A DNA stretch of 64,000 nucleotides from Candidatus Vogelbacteria bacterium. Its GTDB lineage: Bacteria; Patescibacteriota; Minisyncoccia; Phycocordibacterales; XYD1-FULL-46-19. The notes under the pieces are model-generated. The model did no database searches and had not been told where the DNA came from. It saw only the letters and a program-made list of their open reading frames with translations. Location of the stretch: contig JAIOOX010000001.1 of assembly GCA_021414225.1 (NCBI GenBank), positions 6,624-70,623 of the forward strand, given 5' to 3'. The position numbers were made by a program, and so were the translations under genes. This document shows positions 23,606-33,123 of this stretch, one piece after another. Numbering within the stretch: position 1 is the stretch's first letter; each line of letters begins with the position of its first letter.

Positions 23606-23716
23606 AAGTATTCTGTCTTTTAGATAAATTGTCTCTTAAACCAGATAAAAGACACTCCTAATGTGTCCTTTATTATATATTAGACATAAAGTTTTGTCCA
23701 ATGCCTTTAAAGGACG
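22796..23716. repeat. Array of about 20 TGTCY(N)WWA motifs in both orientations
   Basis: Copies at 22796,22863,22921,22945,22974,23038,23111,23369,23424,23479,23531,23587,23599,23614,23630,23645,23664,23677,23695 and a variant at 23707. Confidence 0.75.
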
Positions 23717-23798
23717 TTTTGTTTATATGGCTCAATCAAGCCTTCTTTTGCGATCATTATCTTGATATAATAATTAGGCATCACAAACCACCCCTTCA

Positions 23799-25970
23799 AT
23801 GGCGCGTAAAAAAACTACCAAAAATAAAAAGGACCACGGGGACGAAGAACTAGTCAGCCCCCGCCTACAGGCCGAAACTCGTTACGGTATTATGGCTATT
23901 GTTTTTTTTACTTTAGCCCTCTTTTTTATTCTCTCTTGGTTTACCAAAGCCGGTCTAGCTGGACAATATACTTACCAAGTACTGGACTATTTATTCGGGG
24001 CTGGCTATCTACTAGCACCGACTGTTTTTCTAGTCTTAGCCATCTCTTTCCTCCAACTATCCAAACCTAACTTTATGGCTCATCGTTTGATTGGTGGCTT
24101 ACTACTTTTCTGTTCATCTCTCGGTATTACTAGTATTATCGTGGACCCTGAAGCAGGCGGGGTCGTCGGCAATCTCATCGCCACCCCTTTCCTAAAATTA
24201 TTTGATATCTACTCTAGTTTAGTTTTCCTAGTCGCCCTGATCATCATCTCAGTCTTGATTATGTTCGAAACCAAAATCACTCTCGGTTGGGGCATTTTCA
24301 GTCGTCTATTTAAACAAAAAGAATTGGCGTCTGAGACCGAAGATATTGAACCGAATATTGTCGGCCAACCAGACACTGATGAGGAAGAAGAAAACACTCC
24401 CAACAGACCAGTTAAACCGGTGGCCACCAAAACTGAAACCCCCAACGAAATGGGGTTACTCGGCTCTTTGGTTGGTTTTACTAAAAAAGGTACTAGCGGC
24501 TCTTTTACTCCACCACCATTATCACTCCTAGAAAAAGATAGCGGTAAACCAGGGGCGGGCGATATTAAAGCTAATGCTAATATTATTAAAAGAACTCTGG
24601 CCAACTTTGGTATTAATGTCGAGATGGACGAAATCTCTATCGGCCCGTCAGTTACTCGCTACGCTCTCAAACCCGCCGAAGGTATCAAGCTGTCTCGAAT
24701 TGTCGGCTTACAAAATGATTTATCTTTGGCTTTAGCGGCTCACCCACTTCGAATCGAGGCTCCGATCCCTGGCAAATCACTTGTTGGAATAGAAATACCA
24801 AACACAGTGAAAACCACCGTTGGTCTAGGCACCTTGTTGGGCGCCAAAGAATTTACTGATTCAGCCCATCCTTTACTTGTTTCTCTTGGTCGAGGTATAT
24901 CTGGTATACCAAACTTCGCTAACGTCGCTAAATCCCCTCACCTACTAATCGCTGGTACGACTGGCTCCGGTAAATCTGTCACTATCCACACTTTGATTGT
25001 TTCTCTACTCTATCGCAACCCACCAGAATTGATGCGCTTTATCATGATCGACCCTAAACGAGTCGAACTCACTCTCTACAACAAGATTCCCCATCTCTTA
25101 ACCCCAGTTATTACAGACCCCAAAAAAGCTATTGCCGCTCTCCGCTGGGCCGCCAAAGAAATGGATCGCCGCTATGATATTTTGGAATCACACGCTGTTC
25201 GTGATATTCAGTCTTATCACAACAACATCCTCGCCCCAGCCACCGCCAAAGCTAGTGGTAAAGATGACGAGGAAGCGATGGAACAAATGCCTTATATTGT
25301 CATTTTGATTGATGAATTGGCAGATATTATGTCGACCTATCCTCGAGAACTGGAAGCGGCTATCGTTCGTCTAGCTCAAATGTCTCGAGCGGTCGGTATT
25401 CACTTGGTTCTATCAACCCAAAGACCATCAGTCGAAGTAATCACTGGTTTAATCAAAGCCAATATTCCATCTCGAATCGCTCTCCAAGTGGCTTCCCAAA
25501 TCGACTCTCGTACTATTATTGATATGCCTGGAGCTGAGAAACTATTAGGTGCTGGAGATATGCTTTATATGTCTGGGGAAATGTCCAAACCGATTCGGGT
25601 TCAATCAGCCTTTATCTCTGAGACTGAGGTAAAAGGGGTGGTTAAATATCTGGTTGATAAATATTCTGATGCTATTCCAAATGAGATAAACTTAGGTGGA
25701 CCAGAAGAAAACGGTAACTCCCTCTTTTCTACTTCTCTAGACAACGACAACGGTGACGATGATGAGCTTTATGAAGTAGCTCGAGAAGCAGTGGTGGAGG
25801 CTGGTAAGGCTTCAGCTTCTTATTTACAACGTAAACTAAAAGTGGGTTACGCTCGAGCCGCTAGACTGTTGGACATGCTGGAAGAACGAGGCGTGATTGG
25901 ACCCGGTGAAGGCGCTAAAGCCCGTGAAGTGTACGGTGGTGGTCGCTCAAGTGAAGAAGAAGTTCTATAA
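23799..25970 (+). CDS. ftsK: DNA translocase FtsK/SpoIIIE
   Basis: 4TM N-domain, HLLIAGTTGSGKS, IDELAD, gamma domain LQRKLKVGYARAARL. Confidence 0.97.
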   Translation: MARKKTTKNKKDHGDEELVSPRLQAETRYGIMAIVFFTLALFFILSWFTKAGLAGQYTYQVLDYLFGAGYLLAPTVFLVLAISFLQLSKPNFMAHRLIGGLLLFCSSLGITSIIVDPEAGGVVGNLIATPFLKLFDIYSSLVFLVALIIISVLIMFETKITLGWGIFSRLFKQKELASETEDIEPNIVGQPDTDEEEENTPNRPVKPVATKTETPNEMGLLGSLVGFTKKGTSGSFTPPPLSLLEKDSGKPGAGDIKANANIIKRTLANFGINVEMDEISIGPSVTRYALKPAEGIKLSRIVGLQNDLSLALAAHPLRIEAPIPGKSLVGIEIPNTVKTTVGLGTLLGAKEFTDSAHPLLVSLGRGISGIPNFANVAKSPHLLIAGTTGSGKSVTIHTLIVSLLYRNPPELMRFIMIDPKRVELTLYNKIPHLLTPVITDPKKAIAALRWAAKEMDRRYDILESHAVRDIQSYHNNILAPATAKASGKDDEEAMEQMPYIVILIDELADIMSTYPRELEAAIVRLAQMSRAVGIHLVLSTQRPSVEVITGLIKANIPSRIALQVASQIDSRTIIDMPGAEKLLGAGDMLYMSGEMSKPIRVQSAFISETEVKGVVKYLVDKYSDAIPNEINLGGPEENGNSLFSTSLDNDNGDDDELYEVAREAVVEAGKASASYLQRKLKVGYARAARLLDMLEERGVIGPGEGAKAREVYGGGRSSEEEVL

Positions 25971-25978
25971 TAATAAAC

Positions 25979-26320
25979 ATGAGACAAGTCACTATCTTAA
26001 AAATGATTTCGTTGGCCCTAATCATGGTTTTTATTACTGGTTATGCCTACTCTAAGACCATTGATGTGATTCGCGGTCCAGAAATCATCATCCACTCACC
26101 TACCATTGGCTACTCCACCACAGACAATCTCATCCAAATCAAAGGCCAAGCTTTGCGCATAGCCAAACTCTACCTAGACGGCAAACAAATATATACCGAT
26201 GACCTAGGTAACTTTAAGGAATCGTTGCTCCTCCCTAAAGGCTATAGTACACTCAACCTAGAAGCGACTGATATTTTCAATCGCAAAACTAGTCACAATA
26301 TTCCGGTCGCCCATTTATGA
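25979..26320 (+). CDS. Hypothetical membrane-anchored Ig-like protein
   Basis: N-terminal TM then beta-rich domain (GPEIIIHSP...LYLDG...ATD). Confidence 0.65.
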   Translation: MRQVTILKMISLALIMVFITGYAYSKTIDVIRGPEIIIHSPTIGYSTTDNLIQIKGQALRIAKLYLDGKQIYTDDLGNFKESLLLPKGYSTLNLEATDIFNRKTSHNIPVAHL

Positions 26321-26337
26321 ACCAATTAGCCTAAATT

Positions 26338-27372
26338 ATGATCAAGAAAAAACAATCTGCCCCCAAAGAAACCAACACCGGTGTTGATGATGCTATTAAA
26401 GCGATTCAATCTCGTTTTGGTGACGAATCTATTATTAAACTTGGAGAAAAACCAAAAGTGGGAGTTAATGCTATTCCAACCGGCTCTCTAGGTTTAGATT
26501 TAGCCCTCGGTATTGGTGGTGTGCCTCGCGGTCGGATCATCGAGATCTATGGCCCAGAATCGTCAGGTAAGACTACCCTCGCCCTTCACATCATCGCTGA
26601 GGCTCAAAAACACGGCGGTGTGTGTGCTTTTATTGACGCTGAACACGCTCTCGATCCTGAGTATTCAAAAAAAATTGGCGTAAAGATTAATGACCTTCTA
26701 GTCTCCCAACCAGATTATGGTGAACAAGCCTTGGAGATCTGTGAAAGTTTGATCCGCTCGGGTAGTATCGATGTTATCGTTATTGACTCTGTAGCCGCTC
26801 TCACCCCTAAAGATGAGATTGAGGGTGATGTTGGTGCTCAACACATGGGTAAACAGGCTCGTCTAATGTCTCAAGCTCTCCGTAAAATGACTGCCATTGT
26901 CGCTCGATCTAAGACTGTTGTTATCTTTATCAACCAAATTCGAATGCAAATCGGAGTAATGTTTGGTAATCCAGAAACTACCCCTGGAGGTAAGGCTCTA
27001 AAGTTTTATTCCTCTGTTCGTCTAGATATCCGCCGCATCGCTCAAATCAAGAAAGGTGAAGATGTTGTTGGCGGTCGAGTAAGAGTCAAAGTGGTCAAGA
27101 ACAAGGTCGCTGCCCCTTTCAAACAAGCAGAATTCGATGTTCTTTATAATGAAGGAATCTCCCCAGAAGGTGAAGTGCTAGCTTTGGGTGAAAAATATGG
27201 CATCGTTAAAAAAGCTGGTGCGTCTTATAGCTACACCCCCGAAGGTAAGGATGAGGTCAAACTCGGACGAGGTTACGACGCGGCTCGCACTTTTGTCAAA
27301 GCCGACCCTAAATTAAAGAACGAGTTGGTGAAGAAAATTAATGAAGCTTGGGGTAAAGAAACCCTTGCTTAA
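26338..27372 (+). CDS. recA: Recombinase RecA
   Basis: [33 protein letters not shown]. Confidence 0.99.
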   Translation: MIKKKQSAPKETNTGVDDAIKAIQSRFGDESIIKLGEKPKVGVNAIPTGSLGLDLALGIGGVPRGRIIEIYGPESSGKTTLALHIIAEAQKHGGVCAFIDAEHALDPEYSKKIGVKINDLLVSQPDYGEQALEICESLIRSGSIDVIVIDSVAALTPKDEIEGDVGAQHMGKQARLMSQALRKMTAIVARSKTVVIFINQIRMQIGVMFGNPETTPGGKALKFYSSVRLDIRRIAQIKKGEDVVGGRVRVKVVKNKVAAPFKQAEFDVLYNEGISPEGEVLALGEKYGIVKKAGASYSYTPEGKDEVKLGRGYDAARTFVKADPKLKNELVKKINEAWGKETLA

Positions 27373-27435
27373 GCTTCCAAATAGCCCAAGTCGAGCGACT
27401 GGCTTTTTTACAGAATTAAGTTACAATACTCCCGT

Positions 27436-28005
27436 ATGGCTATGCTCGAATACAATGAAATAAAGCCCCGAAAGTACATCATTCACGAAGGTGGGCCTTA
27501 TGAAGTTCTCGATTCTCACGTCTTCCGCAAACAACAACGAAAGCCAGTTAACGCTACTAAACTTAAGAATTTGATTACTGGTAAAGTCGTAGAACATTCT
27601 TTCCACGTCTCCGATAAAGTACCTGAAGCTGAGTTGACCACTAAAAAAGCTAAATATCTATATTTCAACCGCGGTGAGTACTGGTTCTGCGAACCAAGCA
27701 ATCCTAGTAATCGCTACCAAGTTGAAGCTAGTGTTTTGGGTGAGACAATTAAATACGTAAAAACCAATTCTGAGGTAGAGTTATTAACCTTTGAAGAACA
27801 GCCGATCGGAATGAAGATTCCAGTAAAAGTGGAACTGAAAGTCACTGAAGCCTCCCCGGCTGTTAAAGGTAATACTGTCCAAGGTGGTAGCAAACAAGTT
27901 ACCTTGGAAACAGGAGCTACTCTCAACGTGCCCATGTTCGTCAATGAAGGCGATACAATCCGTATTAATACCGACAGTGGAGAATACGTCGAAAGAATAA
28001 ACTAA
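27436..28005 (+). CDS. efp: Elongation factor P
   Basis: KLKNLITG, PAVKGNT, LETGATLNVPMFV, TDSGEYVER. Confidence 0.95.
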   Translation: MAMLEYNEIKPRKYIIHEGGPYEVLDSHVFRKQQRKPVNATKLKNLITGKVVEHSFHVSDKVPEAELTTKKAKYLYFNRGEYWFCEPSNPSNRYQVEASVLGETIKYVKTNSEVELLTFEEQPIGMKIPVKVELKVTEASPAVKGNTVQGGSKQVTLETGATLNVPMFVNEGDTIRINTDSGEYVERIN

Positions 28006-28010
28006 AATCC

Positions 28011-28047
28011 TAACAAAAAATCCGGCCAGGCGCCGGATTTTTTGTTA
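28011..28047. terminator. Bidirectional terminator between efp and rpsR
   Basis: TAACAAAAAATCCGG...CCGGATTTTTGTTA. Confidence 0.8.
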
Positions 28048-28068
28048 TCTTTATATTATCTAAATTTT

Positions 28069-28269
28069 TTAACTAGCCAAGAAAGGCAATAGACCCATAA
28101 AACGAGCTCGCTTAATAGCAGTCGTTAGTCGTCTTTGATGACGAGAACAAGTCGCTGTTCGACGGTGCTTAACGATTCGAGCATGAGGATCAAGAAAGAG
28201 CTTGAGGGCATCAACCTCTTTGTAATCTACCTCCTTAATATTATTACTGCAGAAATGGCATTGCTTCAT
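28069..28269 (-). CDS. rpsR: 30S ribosomal protein bS18
   Basis: CHFC, VDYK, HQRRLTTAIKRARFMGLLPF. Confidence 0.96.
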   Translation of the reverse strand: MKQCHFCSNNIKEVDYKEVDALKLFLDPHARIVKHRRTATCSRHQRRLTTAIKRARFMGLLPFLAS

Positions 28270-28310
28270 ATTTACATTATTACTATCACGTTTATAATAT
28301 TTCGTCTAGA

Positions 28311-28760
28311 TTAAAAAGGAATATCGTCAGGATTAATCTCTTCCTCTGGATATTCAATAGTATCCAACTGAGGAGCTGGGGCTGGACCATCGGTCTTGGC
28401 TGTCTCACCAGCAAAGCCAGTCGCTTGCCCCTCTCGTCTTGGTCCTAATTGAATCTTCTCCACCACTATTTCAGTTCGATACTTTTTAGAACCATCTTGG
28501 GCATCCCAACTGCGGGTCTGCATTCTGCCTTCTACCATCACTGAACTTCCCTTCTTGAGATATTGTCCGGCCACATTGGCTTGAGGACCAAAAGCGACGA
28601 CATTGTGGTATTGAGTATCTTCTTGCTTGGCTCCATTCTTATCCTTCCACACTCGAGAAGTGGCTACCGCAAAACTAGTGACTGATACCCCACTTGGCAA
28701 AGCTCGCTGTTCTGGATCGCGAGTAAGATTACCAATGATTATCGCTTTATTAAGATACAT
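28311..28760 (-). CDS. ssb: Single-stranded DNA-binding protein
   Basis: LNKAIIIGNLTRDPE; DDIPF tail. Confidence 0.97.
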   Translation of the reverse strand: MYLNKAIIIGNLTRDPEQRALPSGVSVTSFAVATSRVWKDKNGAKQEDTQYHNVVAFGPQANVAGQYLKKGSSVMVEGRMQTRSWDAQDGSKKYRTEIVVEKIQLGPRREGQATGFAGETAKTDGPAPAPQLDTIEYPEEEINPDDIPF

Positions 28761-28762
28761 AT

Positions 28763-29254
28763 TTAAGCAACGAGTAGTTCTTCGATCTCTTGGTCGATTT
28801 TTTCATTATCAACCAAACCCTTATCTTCTTCTATCACCCCTTCTTCAGCGATCACTTCTTCATTTTTAACCTCAGCTCGTGGAACAACAATTCTTTCTGT
28901 TTGAACTGGAGCGTCGATAACCAAAATACGAATAATTAGATCACTTTTTTCTACTTGTTTTTTAACGGTATTTATTTTGTCAGGCGTAACAGAAAATTTA
29001 ACCGCTCCAAAATAAGCATCTGACACTAAAGTTTTTTTGTGGTTAATAGTCTTACCAATTTTGTAAGCCAATTTTCGTAAGTGAGGAGTGGTTTGACTAA
29101 CCATAGTTCCACCTACCGCTTCCACCTCTTTAACAATAATCTCAGTGATTTTGTCAGCCTTGTCAGCCTCAGGCACCAAAGGACTCAACAAATAGCCTAT
29201 TTCATAGGTTTTTGGGTCTTTTAAATCAATATCAGCAATAACTTGTTCTTTCAT
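28763..29254 (-). CDS. rpsF: 30S ribosomal protein bS6 with acidic tail
   Basis: YEIGYLLSP, RKLAYKI; rpsF-ssb-rpsR order. Confidence 0.88.
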   Translation of the reverse strand: MKEQVIADIDLKDPKTYEIGYLLSPLVPEADKADKITEIIVKEVEAVGGTMVSQTTPHLRKLAYKIGKTINHKKTLVSDAYFGAVKFSVTPDKINTVKKQVEKSDLIIRILVIDAPVQTERIVVPRAEVKNEEVIAEEGVIEEDKGLVDNEKIDQEIEELLVA

Positions 29255-29298
29255 AGATAGGAGGTATGTTACCAGACAAAAGCCAAAAAGTCAAAAAA

Positions 29299-30105
29299 CT
29301 AGAGGCCAAATAGGCGCCTGGCGTTGGCTACCAAAGCTTCAGCTACCTGCTGTTCTGGTAAGGCTTTGATTTCAGCTATTTTTTTAACAATTTCCACCAC
29401 ATAGACTGGTTCATTCCTTCGGCCTCGATGAGGCACCGGAGCGACGTACGGACAGTCGGTTTCAGCCATAATCATATCTAAAGGCGTGTTTCTAACCAAC
29501 TCCTCATATTGCTTAGCAAAAGTCACCACCCCAGTAAAAGAGAGGGTAAAGCCTAAATCTAAAAATTGTTTCCCCTCCTCCCAAGTACCAGCAAAAAAAT
29601 GGACATTACCCAATACTTTGGCGTCCTCCCTAAGCACAGCCAAAGCGTCACCATAGGCCTCTCTAATATGTAACATTAGAGGTTTATTGATTTCATTAGC
29701 CAAAGCTATTTGTTGTTGGAAAACTGGTATTTGGGTCGCCTTGGTTTGCTCCTCCAACCGAAAATAATCCAAACCACACTCACCAATCGCTACGACTTTC
29801 GGGTCACTAGCTAATTTTTTATAGATCTCATAATCAAAAATCTCAGCCTCATGAACCACTTGGTCTTTTATTTCATCAGGATCAGCCGGATTGGTCGTAC
29901 TATGAGTCGGATGTAAGCCTACAATAGCGTAAACCCCTGCTTCATACTGATTGGCCAGATCTACTGCCGATTGCGAGGTTTCTAGCCCGGTACCAACATT
30001 AATCATCGCCACCTGAGCTTCCTGTGCTCTTTTAATTACCTCATCTCTGTCACCGTCAAAAGCTGGGAAATTAACGTGCGAATGAATATCAATATAGCGG
30101 AACAT
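29299..30105 (-). CDS. TatD family deoxyribonuclease
   Basis: DIHSH, GLHP, AIGECGLDY, ETDCPY, RNEP. Confidence 0.95.
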   Translation of the reverse strand: MFRYIDIHSHVNFPAFDGDRDEVIKRAQEAQVAMINVGTGLETSQSAVDLANQYEAGVYAIVGLHPTHSTTNPADPDEIKDQVVHEAEIFDYEIYKKLASDPKVVAIGECGLDYFRLEEQTKATQIPVFQQQIALANEINKPLMLHIREAYGDALAVLREDAKVLGNVHFFAGTWEEGKQFLDLGFTLSFTGVVTFAKQYEELVRNTPLDMIMAETDCPYVAPVPHRGRRNEPVYVVEIVKKIAEIKALPEQQVAEALVANARRLFGL

Positions 30106-30107
30106 GA

Positions 30108-30560
30108 CTAAATTTGAGACTTTTTTATTAAAGTTAAAGCTTCAGCCTCATCAACAATTTCAACTATTGGTGATTTGTAACCAAAATAATCTTTTATTAT
30201 TTTTTGCTCTGTTAAAGGAATGTCTGACCAAGAATTATGGTCACAAAAATCTATTTCTACTGCCAAAATCTTTTCATCTTTATCTTCTCTCTTTATAAGA
30301 CCAATTGGTTTAATTAATACTTCGTCAGCTGGTTTCAGATCTCTACTAGAAAAAACCAAAACATCTAGTTCTTCCTCGTGCTCACTATCTTCTTCTTTAT
30401 TTACAGTATCTTTTATAAAACCATAGTGAACCGGCATTATTCCCTCATTAACCGGAATCACATCCTTAATAGGCCCCAAATCGATTAAACCACTCTTGTC
30501 ATATTTCATATGACGTCTTCGACCATCTCCTTTTGGTATCTCTATATAAGCTTTATACAT
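30108..30560 (-). CDS. Family I inorganic pyrophosphatase (divergent)
   Basis: IEIPKG, MPVHYGFIKDT, LDVLV, DEKILAV; the DGDPLD motif reads EEELD. Confidence 0.7.
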   Translation of the reverse strand: MYKAYIEIPKGDGRRRHMKYDKSGLIDLGPIKDVIPVNEGIMPVHYGFIKDTVNKEEDSEHEEELDVLVFSSRDLKPADEVLIKPIGLIKREDKDEKILAVEIDFCDHNSWSDIPLTEQKIIKDYFGYKSPIVEIVDEAEALTLIKKSQI

Positions 30561-30562
30561 AA

Positions 30563-32005
30563 TTAATCCTTGCGTAAAAATAAAGGCTGAGCTGGGGCTT
30601 TATTTTCTTCAATTAATTGTTGAATGATTTTAGCAGTTTCGGGCATAAGTGGATTTAACATTTGACTAATAGTGTATAAATCAGTAACCAACTCTTCAAT
30701 AATTTTAACTCCAACCGCTTGATCAGTTTTTACCAATTTAAATGGTTGAGTGTCTTGGATTTTTTTATCGAGCTTAGTGATTATCTCCCAAACCACACTC
30801 GCCGCTTTATTGGTGTCGTATTCAGATAAAGCAGTCTGAAAATCAACTGAAGGTAGTGCTGGAACCAAAGCCGGACACTTCATTAAATTAGTTTCAGCCA
30901 TTTTCATAATTCGTGACACCAAATTACCCAAACCATTAGCCAGATTGGCATTATAAGTGTCTTTAAATCTTTCCATCGTAAAAGGACTATCATCAAAAGA
31001 AGAAGTTTCCCTGGTCACAAAATAGCGCAAAGCATCCACTCCGTATTCTGCCACTACATCATAAGGATTAACCACATTACCGATTGACTTAGACATCTTA
31101 ATCCCCCCTTCGCCAGTATAGAAACCATTTATTACCACCTGATGAGTATTCGGTAGATTGACCGACATCAACATGGCCTGCCACATAGCCGACTGTTGAC
31201 GCAAATTGTCCTTACCACAATATTGAGTCGGTGTTCCATTGACCCAGAAAGCCTCAAATTGAGCCTGGTTGTCAGGCCAACCTAAGGTGGAGATATAATT
31301 AACCAATGCATCGAACCAAACATACATTACTTGGTCTGAATCATCGGGAACAGCTACACCCCAGGGCATTTTAGATTTCAACCGAGAAATAGAAAAGTCT
31401 TCTAATCCTCTCTCGACAAAAGCTTTAATTTCATTAAATCTAAAATCAGGTAAAACAAACTTAGGATGTTTAGTATAAAAATCTAACAATGGTTGTTGAA
31501 AAGCGGAAAATTTGAAAAAATAGTTTTCTTCATCAATTAACTCAATTGCTCGGCCAGGATGAAGCGGGCACTCCCCTTTATCATCTAGTTCGGAGTCTGT
31601 TTTTTCTAATTCACATCCGACACAATATTTAATTTGGTAAGCTTTTTTATAAATAAAACCATTAGCCTGACAACGGCGCCAAAATTCTTGAGCGGTTTTT
31701 TCATGCTTGGCATCAGTAGTGCGAACAAAATTAATATCTTCTGAAATACCTAACAACTTGACTAAACCTTTGAATTTTTCAGCATATTCATCGACATACT
31801 GCTTTACTTCTTTACCTTCTTTTTGGGCGGCTTGCCATAGTTTGGAACCATGTTCATCAGTACCAGTATTAAAAAAGACTTCATCACCCACTGATTTACG
31901 CCACCGAGCGATCACATCAGCCCTAATCAACTCCATAGCAAAACCAACATGCGGTTCAGCATTAACATAAGGCAAAGTGGTGGTGATATAAAACTGTTTA
32001 GACAT
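30563..32005 (-). CDS. metG: Methionine--tRNA ligase (short form)
   Basis: YVNAEPHVG, GTDEHG, YVWFDAL, KMSKS. Confidence 0.96.
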   Translation of the reverse strand: MSKQFYITTTLPYVNAEPHVGFAMELIRADVIARWRKSVGDEVFFNTGTDEHGSKLWQAAQKEGKEVKQYVDEYAEKFKGLVKLLGISEDINFVRTTDAKHEKTAQEFWRRCQANGFIYKKAYQIKYCVGCELEKTDSELDDKGECPLHPGRAIELIDEENYFFKFSAFQQPLLDFYTKHPKFVLPDFRFNEIKAFVERGLEDFSISRLKSKMPWGVAVPDDSDQVMYVWFDALVNYISTLGWPDNQAQFEAFWVNGTPTQYCGKDNLRQQSAMWQAMLMSVNLPNTHQVVINGFYTGEGGIKMSKSIGNVVNPYDVVAEYGVDALRYFVTRETSSFDDSPFTMERFKDTYNANLANGLGNLVSRIMKMAETNLMKCPALVPALPSVDFQTALSEYDTNKAASVVWEIITKLDKKIQDTQPFKLVKTDQAVGVKIIEELVTDLYTISQMLNPLMPETAKIIQQLIEENKAPAQPLFLRKD

Positions 32006-32019
32006 AAAAACTAAACTGG

Positions 32020-33081
32020 TTATCGAGCTTCATTCATGCGCGCTTTTCTTTTCTCGAAATCGTTGGCTATTTCCATCAAGATGGTAGCCAGTGGTACCGA
32101 CAAAATAATTCCTAGAAAGCCGGCTATTTTTGCTCCCACCAACAGGGCTAAAATAACAATAATTGGCGATAAACCAACCACCTTTTTAACCACTAGCGGG
32201 TAGATCAGATGGTTTTCAAACTGTTGAATGATCACATACAATCCAATCACCATCAAACCAGCGGTGGTATTATCAGTAAAAGCTAATATCACCGCTGGAA
32301 CAGCGGCTAAGATCGGCCCAAAAACTGGAATCAACTCAAAGAAGGCCGCAATTACCGCCAACACAAAGGCATATTTAACTTGCAAAATAGTGAGTCCTAA
32401 AAAGACCAAAACGCCCACAATCAGAGCCAGTACAATTTGCCCTTTCATCCATTGACCAATCTTAATCTGGGACCGGTTCCACAAATCAAGAATATAAGGT
32501 TCATTACGATAAGGTACGACTAGTTTAATAAAGTTTTCAATTCCTTTCTCTTGAACTGATAAGTAGAAAGAAATAACTAAAATCAAAATAAAACTAAAAG
32601 CTCCACCGAAGACCGTACTAGCAGTCGTAAATAAACCACCAGTAAATTGACCCACCGCCTGTTCAACTGGTTCGATTAAATCTTTTAAAACAAAACTTTT
32701 TTCAATCCCCCCTAGAGATAAGACTGGTTCAAAGTTATAACCAACCACGGATGAAGAATCAATTTGTTCTGGAATATTATTAGAAAGATCGGAAACCTCT
32801 AAAAAGAGGGGTGGTATGAAGATATACAAAAAACTAAAAACAGCACAAAAAGAAACCACATAAATAGTCAGCACAGCTAATACTCGTGGAAATTTATAAT
32901 TCATAAACCAACGAGTCGCCGGTTCTACCGCTGAAGCCAGTACCACTGAAGTCAACAAGATCAACACCAAATCAAATAATAAATAACCAAGCAAAATCAA
33001 GAAGGCCACAAAAAATACCCGCCAGACAGTACCAGTCGTAATAGTTACTTGGATTGGAGTATTTTTAGAGTCTTGTTCCAT
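32020..33081 (-). CDS. AI-2E family transporter
   Basis: ELIPVFGP, QQFENHLIYP, GFLGIILSVP. Confidence 0.9.
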   Translation of the reverse strand: MEQDSKNTPIQVTITTGTVWRVFFVAFLILLGYLLFDLVLILLTSVVLASAVEPATRWFMNYKFPRVLAVLTIYVVSFCAVFSFLYIFIPPLFLEVSDLSNNIPEQIDSSSVVGYNFEPVLSLGGIEKSFVLKDLIEPVEQAVGQFTGGLFTTASTVFGGAFSFILILVISFYLSVQEKGIENFIKLVVPYRNEPYILDLWNRSQIKIGQWMKGQIVLALIVGVLVFLGLTILQVKYAFVLAVIAAFFELIPVFGPILAAVPAVILAFTDNTTAGLMVIGLYVIIQQFENHLIYPLVVKKVVGLSPIIVILALLVGAKIAGFLGIILSVPLATILMEIANDFEKRKARMNEAR

Positions 33082-33123
33082 TAGCCTTATGTTACTACAG
33101 AAACTACCCGACTCGCAATAAGC

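Noticed and set aside
23587-23716. CRISPR array interpretation of the TGTCY repeats
   Set aside because: Units are about 10 bp, degenerate, in both orientations and irregularly spaced; no cas genes.
22258-23798. Replication origin or terminus at the gene-orientation switch before ftsK
   Set aside because: Only one perfect DnaA box, no dnaA/dnaN, no dif-like site recognised, and by eye the + strand stays C-rich on both sides; skew was not computed.
28006-28269. Loss of bL9 inferred from no rplI after rpsR
   Set aside because: rplI is often unlinked; one window cannot show absence.
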